Made by a program: the position numbers and the translations under genes. DNA of 63,924 nucleotides, counting the filler, from Circinaria calcarea (taxonomy: Eukaryota): NCBI GenBank assembly GCA_051942165.1. It is 3 parts of 3 records of this genome, joined end to end, with 100 filler letters (N's around TTAATTAATTAA, not from the genome) between each part and the next. Parts side by side here need not be neighbours in the genome. Positions count along the whole stretch, not along the records: positions 23,302 to 46,461 come from JAVECS010000123.1; 2 more parts are not named here. One strand, 5' to 3'. This document shows positions 26,301 through 38,700 of this stretch, piece by piece; position 1 is the stretch's first letter; every line of letters starts with the position of its first letter. Under the pieces are notes generated by a model. The model searched no databases. It was given only the letters and a program-made list of their open reading frames with translations, and was not told the DNA's origin.

Positions 26301-27919
26301 ACTCCAGTAAATATCACATCACCCAAAGGTGCAAGATTTTTCAACTTGTCATGTATCCGAAATGCATAGTCATCCACTTCACTATTGGTTCCTAGGGATG
26401 GAACTTCAAGCGGAGTTACTCCTTCAGGCTTCGAGCCCGCATACAAGTCATCTTCATCCTCCACATCGTCTTCGTCAAGATCTGAAGCGCTGGCTTCTCC
26501 GTCGATATCCATCTTCAGACCGTATCGTTGCTTCTTAGTCTTGCCTGATCTACGTGACCACCCAAGAACAATAGAGTCTCCGTCTTCGCTCCCGACAAAT
26601 ACTCTGCCGCGTCCGATGTTTGCTGAACATGATGGCGTGGTGCATAAAAGAGATCCACCATTGCGAGAAGCCACAAGTCGTAATGTTAACCCAGAGACTG
26701 ACCTCCCATCCTGTTTGAAGCCTAGTACGGCCAGTTCTCCCGTATTCAGGATAAGTAGCAGTTCCCCGTTCGACGTGCCGAATGGTTCTAGGACACATCT
26801 TTCCAGTCGAAGATTCAGTTCTGACATGTTCGGTAATGCAAAAGAGGAGCATTGCCTAGCAAACTCATTCACAGCAATACCATTTGTTTTACCAGCCTGG
26901 TCCACGTGTATCAGTTCATTGAAGCCGATTAAGAGTGCGCCGCCAACAGGCAAGGGCAGAGGTAGAATCGTATGCAGATCGTAAGGCAACCCTGTGACAG
27001 ACAATAAGGTTGTTGAAGCACGTTGCTCCAGATCCAGCGTGTAGACGGTGTAAGAAATCGTATCCTGTCTCTCAGGTAGCAACGCTGAAGAGACTGCACT
27101 CCGTGACGATAAAACGCCAAAAGTTGGCTCACGATATTCATGTAAGAATGCGAGGTGGATTGGGTGAGTAAGGTTGGGATCCAGTATCATCAGGGGCAGG
27201 ACGAATGAAGCATTGTACGGGGTCTGTGGTAGTAATGTATCACCATTCGTAAGTTTTGCGGGAGATGTCATAGGTTTCGTCTGTTCGTTATCTGCCTCGG
27301 GATCATAGTCGTCCATCACAAGATCATCGCCAGCTTGGTGAAATGGGAGGATGGCTAGATTTCGAGGACCAAATTTCAAAGCTGCACACCGACTGTTCGG
27401 ATCTACAGTCAGGATATTGACACATTGCCCGAATTCTGGCGACCAAGGAGGACCGCGAAAATCTTCTCTCTCGTAAAAGTGTATCGAAATGGTTGATATA
27501 CTGTATCTCTCGGGGTCCCATTCCACCAAACTCAGCTTCGCATCCTGGAGAGCCACAAGCAGAGCCTCGCCCCCGGACTTGGACTGCATGGTCTTGACTC
27601 GACCAAGTGCGGTAACGACCCCTGACAGCTCATACTGGGCAATGAGGACAAGTTTTGTTGTATGGATCCGTTCACCACGATGTGACTTGCGATTATGGGC
27701 CAGAGAATCGAGGTCACCACCTTGGACTGGCCGTCGAGTTGCGCCAGTGTTTTGCCTTCTATTCCCTTCGTTAGTATCCGAGATAACCGACTTCAGCGAG
27801 AATATCTGCAGAAGAGAAGTCTTAGCAACAACGAGATTATTCGCTGCGGCCGAAAGTAATGGCAAGGACACGGCGTGTGTCACTGCCGTAGGAGGGGTGA
27901 GGTCGGTATAGCACTGCAT
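23302..27919 (-). CDS. CFT1: Cleavage and polyadenylation factor subunit Cft1/CPSF160 (multi-exon, 3' truncated by the gap)
   Basis: [27 protein letters not shown]...[59 protein letters not shown] and [12 protein letters not shown]. Confidence 0.95.
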
Positions 27920-28294
27920 GGCGGCAATGCTCAGTTTGGCCCTCTACTCACGCCGACGCCAAAACAATAGACAGTATGGAGCTGGCATGGGTGCATTGGT
28001 CCGGGTTACACATGGGCGCGAGCAGCGGCTGTTTCGGACATGAAATGTTTGAGACGCGCTGGGAAGCCTTGTAGGGCTGATGCATGCGAGCGGGCATGAC
28101 GTTTTGTAGGGCGATGATGGTGTCCAAATTCAAGGAAGCCGCACTCTCAACCCCGCGCGTAATCCATCTCCCTCCTCAACTTGACAGCCAATAGGTACAT
28201 GAAAGGTATAGTCACTGCTTCGTGACCAGCTTGATTCCTGTAACTGACAAACATACAAGGTGGCAGTTATTGAAGCTGTATAAATCCAGCATTC

Positions 28295-30230
28295 ATGGCG
28301 TTGATTCAGATTGCCCTCATCTGGGTGGTCTATGCCGTCGTCATTGTCCTCCTGGCAGCAGTCGCTTCGATTTTTGTTTATCTCTACCAAGCGCCTCGGG
28401 AGAGATCGATAGCAGTCACCATCGTCTCCATCTTCACGCTCACGGCGTTGCTAGCCACCGTGCTCCTACTCCCGGTAGACGTTGCCTTGGTATCTTCGAC
28501 CACGTCCTCGAGGCATGGCACTCGTAAAGAAGGGGTTACGCAGCAAGACGTGGATAATATACTCAAGACATTGAAGATTGTCTACTACAGCCTATACTCC
28601 CTCGATGCTCTCCTCTGCTTGGTCGTGGTTCCATTTACGTACTTTTGGTATGAGGAATACGACGAGGTTGCAACCGAGGAGGGCAATCAATCCTTCGGCC
28701 AGAGGTTCTGGGGCGGCTTCAAATACACCATCGCATTTATCTTCTTCGTGGTTGTTATCTTTCTCGTCGGTTTCTTCGTGCCTGTAGCGAAAGACCGAAA
28801 AGGCGGTCACTACGACCTCGACTATTTCAAGAACCTACTTACAGAGAACCGTATGCCTCTCCTTTTCTTTTCTCGCCATTACTCAATGCATCATCTACCC
28901 GCGTCTAACTAACAATGACCTGTAGACGGAGAGAGAGCATTGACTTTCGCACTTGGTCTTCTCATTACCATCGGAACCCTGATCTACGTTCTTTACACAT
29001 CTGCTGGTCTCGCCCTTTTACCGACTGCACTTATCAAGTCGGCTCCCGCCATTTCAGCACCTAGCTTGGGTGCTACGACATCTTCCCAACTTGAAAGGAA
29101 CCGCGAAAGACAACGCCAGCTGGAAGGTCGAAACAACGGCCGCCAAGATGGCTTACCCGCCAAAGACCAAAGGGAGCTCGATGCCCTGGTACGGGAAGAG
29201 CGTACTCTTGTCCGTCGCGAACGATTAGCAGCTGAAAACAGCGGGGAAGGCCAAGGTTGGCTCATGAAGACCTGGATCAAGATCGAAGCCATTTTTCGTC
29301 CCATCAAATTACTTGGCGGTCTATTCCTGATGCTGGTTTCCCTCTTTATCTGGGTTTCCATGCTCTTGACTGGTATCGATAAAGCCAAGAACTCCATCTG
29401 CAAAACGCACTGTGGCTATATCCTAGCGCACATCAACATCTTCAACCCCATGAACTGGGTCTTGGTCAAATCAGCCAAGATCTTTCCGATCGACTATGTT
29501 ATCTTCCTGCTCCTTGTGATGTTCTTCTTCGCAAGTTCAGTCGTCGGCATTGCAGCCATAGGTATCCGCTTCCTCTGGCTGAGGATCTTCCAGATCAGGA
29601 AGGGTCACACATCTCCACAAGCTCTACTCATGGCTACGGTGATGTTAACTCTCATCTCTCTCGCAATAAATTACTCTGTGGCCATGATTGTGGCTCCTCA
29701 ATACTCTCACTATGGGCCCCAAACATTCTGCGACCACCCCCTCCGCCACGCGGGTGAACAACCAGACTGCAGCGATCACCCTAACCATATCAGACCCTGC
29801 TCCGAACTCTCCGAGAACCCTGCTGCGAGGAACGTTTGTACACCTAGCGTAGGCAGTACATTCCTCGACCGCATAACCGTCAATTTTTCATACTTCGGAG
29901 TCGTGGATTTCTGGGCTCAATTCGTATTTCTCGGTATGATACCTCTTTCCTAGTCATTCTCCTCCCAAATTTTCCCTTACCTCTCGCTAACTTGAAAATT
30001 TCCTCACAACAGCCATCTTTCTCATCATCTTCATCACTGCCCTTTTCCGCGTTCCCAAACTCGACGAGTTCCAAGCCGACCAGGACGCCGAGGAAGACGA
30101 GGAAGAAGGACTCCTCGCCAGCACGGGACGAAGGTTCGGCGCCACGTGGCAAGATATTACGGGAAGAGCAAGCAAAAGTACGGCGAATAGGACGAATGGG
30201 AGGTCGGTGGCTGATGAGGATGGGGTTTGA
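28295..30230 (+). CDS. LMBR1-family membrane protein (LMBRD1 / 'lysosomal cobalamin transporter'-like, 3 exons)
   Basis: Multiple TM helices, [51 protein letters not shown]. The last exon [12 protein letters not shown]...EDGV* ends at 30230. Confidence 0.88.
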
Positions 30231-30994
30231 AAGACTGAATTTGGAGGTTTGGGAATGATGGTGAATGATGGAAATCATGAGATTGTTTTTCCTTTTTCCG
30301 AGTACAGTGCAGTTCCCAGTTTTGAGATTTGGAGTAAGACGAAAATTGTGAATTGGGTGAGGTAGTTAATGCGTTGGGAGAGCTGTACAGTACTGCGTTT
30401 ACCTCTTTTTTTACTTTTTTTCCCCTGCTAAGTCTGTAACTTTGGAATTCCCAAGTCGCCAGCAAAAATCGTGTGTACGTACGTACAGTATGTAAGGCAA
30501 GGCAAGGCAAGGACACGCCGACTAATAGGTAATCTAGAATTTTGCAGGGCAGGGCTGGCAAGCAGGCAGGCATTTCCTTTTTTTGGGGGGTTTTGAGTAC
30601 GCGATGTAATAATTTAAATTGAAAAATACTTGATCAGTTTTCGGCTCCGGGCTCAAATTGTAAGATATCTATGTATCTCCTTGCCCGTGTGGTGAAGAAA
30701 GAAAGAAAGAAAGAAGCCGAGGAAGGGTTTGTTTGCGTGATACCTTTATATGTATACATACATCGGGCAACATTCAATGAAGTTGGTAGAGTAAAAAAGT
30801 ACAATACCCACATTTTTTGCAAGCTATGAGGTACCGTAAGTGTAAAAGGATACTTACAGTGACAACTTCTGCCAAACCTGCCAAAAAAGGAACGCTATCG
30901 ATACTCCAGAGACTCAAAGCCACAAACGCCCCAGTAATCAAAAAAAAGCCTTCTTTGTCCGTTCTCCTCCTAGTCTCGTCCCTCCCTCTAGACC

Positions 30995-33206
30995 TCATAT
31001 TTCCAAACTCGGCGTCTGCCCCTGTACCCGCCCGATGACGATATCGGCGGCGTATTTGGGAATAACCTCGTCATCGTGCAACATTTCGAATTCTACAAAC
31101 CCATCATTAGCCATCATCCCGGATTTGACACCTTATGGGTAAGAGAAAAAAACAAGAAGCCTACCTTCCGTCGCATCCTTGCCCATGTGCGAAAACAGTG
31201 CCTGCGGGCCTCCCGGGTGCTCATCGAGCCAATCCGTCACATTCAAAACCACGCCTTTGACCACGATCCACAGGTCGTCCTTCTTGTTGTGCTTCTGCAC
31301 CTCTTCCATCGAGTATTCCGTCTCCGGGACCTTGAACTCGACGGGGTCGTTGGGCTTGGTTACCTTACCGGGATCTTTGCTGTCAGCTTTTTCGCCTTTC
31401 ATGACGGGAGCGACGGATTTTTGGCTTTGCTGGTCGAGCTTTTGCTGACTTCCAGACTGAGCGGAGCCGGAGCTAGAGGATGCTGATTCGCCATTTGCCC
31501 ATTCAACGGATATTTTACCGGGTGTGTTGGGATCGATGTGCAAGGAAATTTGACCAAGACGTTGGGCAGCGGTCGAGATGCCTCCGGTAAGGACTTTCTG
31601 GAAGAGGTATTGGCTTGCAGACTCACCCGCAACACGGCCATAAACAACGCAGCCTAGAAGTGATGAACCACCAAGTCGGTTTGCCCCGTGGACACCACCG
31701 GCGAGTTCACCACAAGCGTAGAGACCTTCGAATGGTTTGCCCTCGGCGTTTAGGACCTGAGCTTTGTCATTGATTTCGATGCCGCCCATGGTGAAATGTA
31801 GGACTGGTTCCATGAGAGCAACGTGAAACGTGTCGTTGATGTCGAATGGAAGGTTGTGGAAGAACTTCTTGCCAAAGGGGTCTTTTACTTTTCCGTCGGC
31901 GATATCATTATAGTTCTGAAAAGTTTTCTGAAGGGCCTCTTCACCACAGCCAATTTCCCTTGCTAGCTCCTTGCCACTCATCTTCTTCATCAGACCACGT
32001 CCTGAGTAATGACGGGTATGAAAGTCGAGCACGTTCGAAGCTTTGGAATTGAGGACCAGACGGATCGGCCACTTCTTGGCCTCTTTTTCCTTCCACATCT
32101 CGCCTGATACGTAATCTCGGTGGCCGAGCTCATCTGCAAAACGCTGGCCTTCAGAGTTGAGCAGAAGACCTCCTTCACCGCGGAGAGCTAAAATTGATTA
32201 GCCGATAATGTCAGCGTAAAGGAGCCAACTTCGACATACCTTCCGCAGCCAAAAACTTCCATTTCGAGCCCGGGTCTTTGGGATCAACGAGTCCAGTAGG
32301 ATGGACCTGAACCTTGTCAAGGTCAATCCCCTGCCCACCGATTTCCATCAGCATCTTCAGCCCATCACCGGTTGCATGGGTTCCATTGGTGCTAGCAAGG
32401 TGAAAAGTGTCTGGCCGATGCTTCTTAAGGAGTGAAGTCTCCGAAAAGTCCGCAGCATATCCCCCAGTAGCCAACACAACCACACCGTCCACCGAGTTCT
32501 TCTCGCCTCCAAACTCATATGTTACACCAGTAACCTTATTACCCTCCTTGTTGACGGAGGTGACACGGGCTTTCTTGATGATTTGCACCCGTTCAGGGTC
32601 GGTTTCCACCAATTCCTCTAGTCTTTGCATTAGTGCGTAGGTGATTGCCATACCGGGGAACTTGGCATCATGGCCTCTATGCGTGCGTGGTTGCGAGTGG
32701 CCCCTAAATGATACTAATTAGTCCTACGATATGGGCCTTTGAACCCTGGACAGACTTACCCTAGACGGGAGACGAGAGTAAGGTCTAGGTTGAAGACATC
32801 TTGTAACCATTCAACAGCCGACGCAGACTTGTAGGTGAGAACCTTGATCAAGTCGGGGCGCGCCTTGTCTCTCGCCGACTTGATGGTATCGTCGTAGAAT
32901 TGTTGGACGCTATCGGCAATCTTCGCGTCGACCTGTGTTCGGGTGAGAGCGGCATTGATACCAGAGGTAGCCTTTGTCGAATTTCCCCCAAAGAAGTCTT
33001 GCGGAGAATCAGCAAACATGAACCTTCAGAGATAGGATTGATGAGCCTACTATTCTTGTCGAGTAGCAAGACGTTTCCACCGGCGAGGTAGGTGGTGTGT
33101 GCAGCGCTCAAACCAGACACTGTTGACCCGTTAGCCCATGTACTTTGGATCCTCGACAGCTTCGATGCTTACATCCACCACCAACGACAATTACCCTGGG
33201 TGCCAT
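30995..33206 (-). CDS. FAD-dependent fumarate reductase (Osm1/Frd1-like) with a C-terminal cytochrome b5 domain (6 exons)
   Basis: MAPRVIVVGG-GxSGL Rossmann fold, GGNSTKATSGIN, QVHPTG, HFTMGG, GGVHGANRLGGSSL. The b5 domain carries WLDEHPGG and ends PSLEI*. Confidence 0.92.
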
Positions 33207-34246
33207 GACGAAAGATGTGTGATGATTCTGTAGAAACTGTGACTGGGGAAAGAGAAGACCACAGAGACTGCTTATACAACGGCCAGGAAATAGTCGTGGC
33301 GGGCCGAGTGCGTGAATCGAGGACAGCTGACGTTGCCGAGGTAGAGATTCACCTTTGCTGATTGCCCGCTATCGGTACTTTTATACTGTGTATTGGAGCG
33401 AGATTCTTCCTGGTTCAAAGAACAAGATTAAGATGTCAATCTTGAATGCGACTGCCTCGAAGGATCCTGTCTCTCTCAAGGCAGGTGGATTCCAGTTGCT
33501 GGTTATAATATATTCTTCCGGCAAAAGACAGTTGTAGTTCTCCGAGCCCTACCATATGTCCGACAACAAGAAGCATGTGAAAGGATCCGGGGAAGCTTCA
33601 TGTGGGGGAAGTATGCCATTTTGATCATCTGCCTTTCCCTTTGCCTTCAAATGGCCATTCAATTGGATGCCCCTTTCTTGCAGTATGACCAGATCTTCTT
33701 CGAAGTTTGGTCCGCGGGCTGTTAGTACATAATCATCGAGCGGCCGGTACTGGTAAAGCCTCGACAACTGTTTTTGGCCGGTTTGCCATATTTTGGCATG
33801 TGATTCGGCCTTTTTCTACTTCATCTTCGTCACTCCATTTACATACATTTGATTGCAGGTTCTCACAAACGGTGGGATATGCCTCATCGGCCACTGTGGT
33901 AACTTGTCCCGGTCAATCCTCCACTATGCATATTCCCCGGCTCTACTTCCTGTTTGTCAAACCATCAAAAAGGATCCCGCAAGTGCATGGCAGAAAATCG
34001 GTCCCGTTTGGCAGAGAATGCCTGGACTGTCTGTGCAAAATCATACATGGCACCGTTCTGAGTATAGATAACCCAGGGTAGATCATCATGAAGGACCATG
34101 TATGTCGAAGCTCTAGATTTGCTCTATCGATATTGAATGCAAGCGTGAACAGTTGATAGGGTCCGCGCGTTGTGAGCCTCCGAAACGCCTGCTGTAGAAA
34201 CCCCAATGACCCCCTTCCATGCTCTATACCAGATTCGATCCCACTT

Positions 34247-34925
34247 CTATTCGTAATTCATCACCCCTTTGATAACCCAGACCTCTCCATTCGCCACCTG
34301 ACTTGCGACGTTTGAAACCTCGATGTTTCCAGGCTGAATCTACGGCATCATCAGTAGATACACCACAACCAGTATGGCGAATACCTACGATCCGCTTGTC
34401 ATCTTTAGTCTCCCACCAGACCTTCCTTCCCCCTAGACTTTCAACCTTTTGGCCCTCCTCCCACGGACTGAGAGGTACCACATGCGCCTCGACGAACCTC
34501 CTCAGATTCTGGTGCGCTCTGTCTTCGCCTTCACTCCCTTCATATGCGCTCTCCCCAAGTTTTCCATAATCTTTGGGATCCTCCCACGGTTTCCGCGGTA
34601 GTTTCTGGAGCTCCGAGTTGACAGGGGCCAGAACAGTAGCGTTTTGTTCATTGCTTTCGAGGCGCCTAGAAATAACCTCGACATCTCGTGTGAAGCCGGC
34701 AAAGATGTTGATAGCGCGTTCGTTACCGATAACATCGGATATGGTCAGTTCACCCGAAGGCTCCGAAGAAGATCCGAATTGGGGGAGGGGGACGTTGGGG
34801 AAGGGCATGATCGGGGCCTGATTGTGGTTGAGCGAAGGAAGCTGCTCGCTTGGAATACTGCGCGACGAGACTGATGGCGCATACGTGCTTATGAGGGAGA
34901 GGAGCAGTGTCGTTGCGATCTTCAT
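34247..34925 (-). CDS. Secreted FAS1 (fasciclin)-domain protein (2 exons)
   Basis: Signal peptide MKIATTLLLSLIS, TVLAPVNS...LPRKPWEDP, NLRRFVEAHVVP. Spliced end IQPGNIEVSNVASQVANGEVWVIKGVMNYE*. Confidence 0.85.
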
Positions 34926-35713
34926 AGTTTGTTTGTGATAGTAGTGTTGAATAGAATTTTCTGGTCAAGTAGCGCTGATGGCAATCACCACAGACGGGCG
35001 GCCTTCAGGCTTAATGACGTAGGTTGGAGCTGAGTACTTGGGAGGTCACATCGGTATCATTCCAGATTTGATTACCGAAGCAAAGAGCTTTACGGTGACT
35101 TTGTCGCGCGAGGTACTGCTGCAGACACACGGCCTATTCTACAGCACCGGAGGAGTCCATTTAATACGATGATCCTCAAAGTCTTGTGGACAAAGCACGA
35201 GATCTGGCATCCTTCTAAGGAGTACTATGTCTTCTCGGGCCTCACTAACAGCTTCCTGTCCTCGGACCGGAACAATCATTTCCCTTATAGTTGACTGGGA
35301 TTGCGGCTAGTCGTCATTCGCATGGTAATAGGGTCCAGCCAGAGTTATGCTCGTGAACACAGAGCAGTGAAGGTCTGCTCATTCACACGGTTCTGCGGCT
35401 GTCACCATTCGGGCTTTCGTACAGCATATCTTAACGCGAACTCAAGCAGAGGGGCACAGAAGCGCTTCTCGATGAGTATGCCTCGTGTTTTCGTAGCTAT
35501 GCTATAGAAACTTCCTCGAGGAGGAAACTCACCAGATCACGACGCCCACAAGCAACCAGGTTAAAAGGCATTACGCACAGGATTTTTGATAAGTACGAGG
35601 AATCTATCCTTCTATACTTCTGTGAGCAACCCTATCTGGTTCCCATCTTTCCTAGCTAATCTCAACTGGGGACATAGACACCATCTCTCCCTCTCCTCCT
35701 TTCGATCGTAACC

Positions 35714-38700
35714 ATGAACCCTCAGAACGGCAATGGATGGCCACCAACAACTGGGCCTGGGATGCCTTCAGTCAATCCCGAACTTCACCCTCAAATGCAA
35801 CAGAGAATTATCAGCAGCTTCGGGTAAGCTGCGCACCATTTCCGAGCTCCGGTACTGGCTGTCGCGGTCTAGCCATGAAAAGTCTCTGTCCCATGTTAAG
35901 CTGCTTGCTGAATGTCGTGTCTTGTAGGCCCGGTCATCCTTTACCGCAAGGCCCACCGTCCCATATGGCAAATCCTGTTGCGCATATGGGGAACTCTGTT
36001 CTGCCCCCTCCTGGTAAGGCCCTTCTCTGGTCCACCGCAGCAATGCCTTCATCGAGACTGTCTAGGGAGTTTTAATCTGACTCAGTCGTGCACCTTTCAG
36101 GTCCCATATATGGAGGCCAGTCGAACGGATCTTCCCTTCACGCGCTCGCTGGCATGACCCAAGCTTCTCCCTTGCAATCTGCACGGCCGGTTCCTGCACC
36201 TCTGCACCAACAGCAACAGCAACAATCTCCCTCTTCCATTCAGCAGCATCATCAAGCACAGGGTCTTCCCCCACCTCAACAAGGACCTGGATACTCGCTA
36301 CCCGGTATAAGCCATGCCATCCAACAGCAGTCGCCCCGCTCTGCATCGAGCGTTGACCGCGAGAGAGAATACCGTCTACAAGAATCGCGGGATCTCGATG
36401 AACGGCAGCGCCAACGCGCACAAGACATTCGAGATATCGATGAGCGACAACGTCAGCAGGACTCCATAATGCGTGATCCGGACCGTGAACGAGAGTTGCG
36501 AGAACCTCAGCAGCCCCCGCACGAGACAAATGCTGGATCCATACCTCTTCAGCAGCCAGTCGCTTCGAGACCAGCCATGTTGCATGGACCAAATGGGATT
36601 CTTTCACCAAACTCCCATGTAGGTAGCACTCTAGCAACGGGTTCTCTCGGCGCACCCAACGGACCTATAAACGTTTTCGCGTCGAGCGTGTCAGCTGCAC
36701 ATGATACCACGGGAAGAGTGTTACTTCAGCATCAAGGACAAAATATCCCTCCACAGCAACTCCTTGGGTTGGGTGCCGCAATAGTACCTCAGCAGCTTCA
36801 GAACGGCATGGGGGTACTCACTCAAGGCCAACAGCCTATCTTGAACGATGCCTTGAGTTATCTGGACCAAGTCAAAGTGCGCTTCGTAGAACACCCAGAT
36901 GTATACAATAGATTCCTGGATATCATGAAAGACTTCAAGAGCCAGGCTATCGATACTCCGGGAGTTATTGAGCGTGTTTCAACACTGTTCAATGGCCATC
37001 CAGAGCTCATTCAAGGCTTTAATACTTTCTTACCCCCTGGGTACAGGATCGAATGCGGCACCCATGACGATCCCAACAGTATCAGAGTTACCACGCCGAT
37101 GGGAACGACGACGTCGCAAATGACATCTCTTCCGAATCACATCAACGGAGGCGTTAACGGTCATTCAGGTGAGAGCTCCGGATTGTCCCCTCGGCCCAAT
37201 TATGCGGAAAACACTTACAGGGCGATGGGAGGGAACTGGCTACACCCTGCTCCGGTAGATAGCCTACCTGAGGAAACTTTTAGTCCTAATTCAGTCCCTC
37301 GAGCGCTCGAGATGTATGCGCATGAAGATTCCAACATACATGGTCGTGAAGATGTTTATGGTGGCCGAGGAGAAGATGAATTTGTTGATGCTGCTGCGCT
37401 AGCTCACCAGCAGGAGCAACAAGGAGTCTCGCAGTTGCAAAACGCTGTAACTGCAGCAACGAATGGCGGGCAGGTTCGACCTTCGATGATGCAGGAATCA
37501 CCTGGTGGTGAGTCGACCATGACACTTGGTCAGGCCGTTGCGGGTTTAAGCAACGGTGCTGTTGGTGCCCCACCCACAGCGCAGTTGGGTATGGAAAAAA
37601 GAGGCCCTGTAGAATTTAACCATGCGATTAGTTATGTCAATAAGATCAAGGTATGGTGTTCAATGCGTTGTTTCAAGTTCAATGGGTTATCTAAAACCCG
37701 GGGTTCTTCTATTGACATTTAATTAGAATCGCTTCGCGACCCAACCTGAAATCTACAAGCAATTTCTTGAAATCCTACAAACCTACCAACGAGAATCAAA
37801 ACCAATTCAAGACGTCTACGCTCAAGTCACTCAGCTTTTCAACGCTGCGCCTGACTTGTTGGAGGACTTCAAGCAATTCCTACCAGAGTCTGCGGCTCAG
37901 GCTAAAGCTCAGGCAGCCGCGCGACAGGCCACCGAAGACGCCGCCATATTGAGCAACGTACGAGGAGAGCCAAGTTATCTTGCGAACATTCCAGCTGCGC
38001 AAGCTCAAACACCAAGGCCAGACGCCAAGATGCCACCAATCGGGAACTTTGCACCACCACCAAGTGCTGGTAAAGAGAGTAAGAAGCGACGGGGTGGACC
38101 TGGTTCTCAGATGACTGGCGGTGCAGCAGCTATGGATACTGGGTCTTTGGCGGGCAATCAAGGCAATAGAGTCAGTAGCATGCAGAGCGGTAATCCACCC
38201 AAGGTAAGCAGATTTCTCATCAGCTCGGAACGTTTGTAACCATCAACCTACATTATCCGATCATGTGTTTCGTACTTTTCACCTTACACTACAGCGACTA
38301 CATACTTGACTTGACGGTGTTTCTTTCTCCTCCTACTTGGATGTTACGAGCTACTTTTACACCCAAGCAAGGAAAGAGCACTGGCTAATCTTACATCCAT
38401 CCAGCGAGCTAAAGTCCAGCAGACTAAGCCAACGACTACTGATGCTGCTACCGTCTCCCCTTCCTTAAACCCAGCTCTTCCACAGCCCCTACCGCCTGCT
38501 ACCTCTGCTCAGACTACCATGGAGGAGATCGCTTTTTTCGACCGAGTTCGTAAATTCATTTCCAATAAGCAAACATTCAACGAGTTCCTCAAGCTATGCA
38601 ACCTTTTCTCACAGGACTTGATTGATAAGAATGTCCTCATCCAGAAGAGCGCGAACTTCTTCGGAGGGAATCCTGACTTGATGTCATGGTTCAAGACGTT

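Noticed and set aside
33400..34200. Possible decayed minus-strand gene with an intron-like GTATGT...CTAACAG
   Set aside because: Several stops and no recognisable protein motif; cannot be supported as a pseudogene without a homology search.
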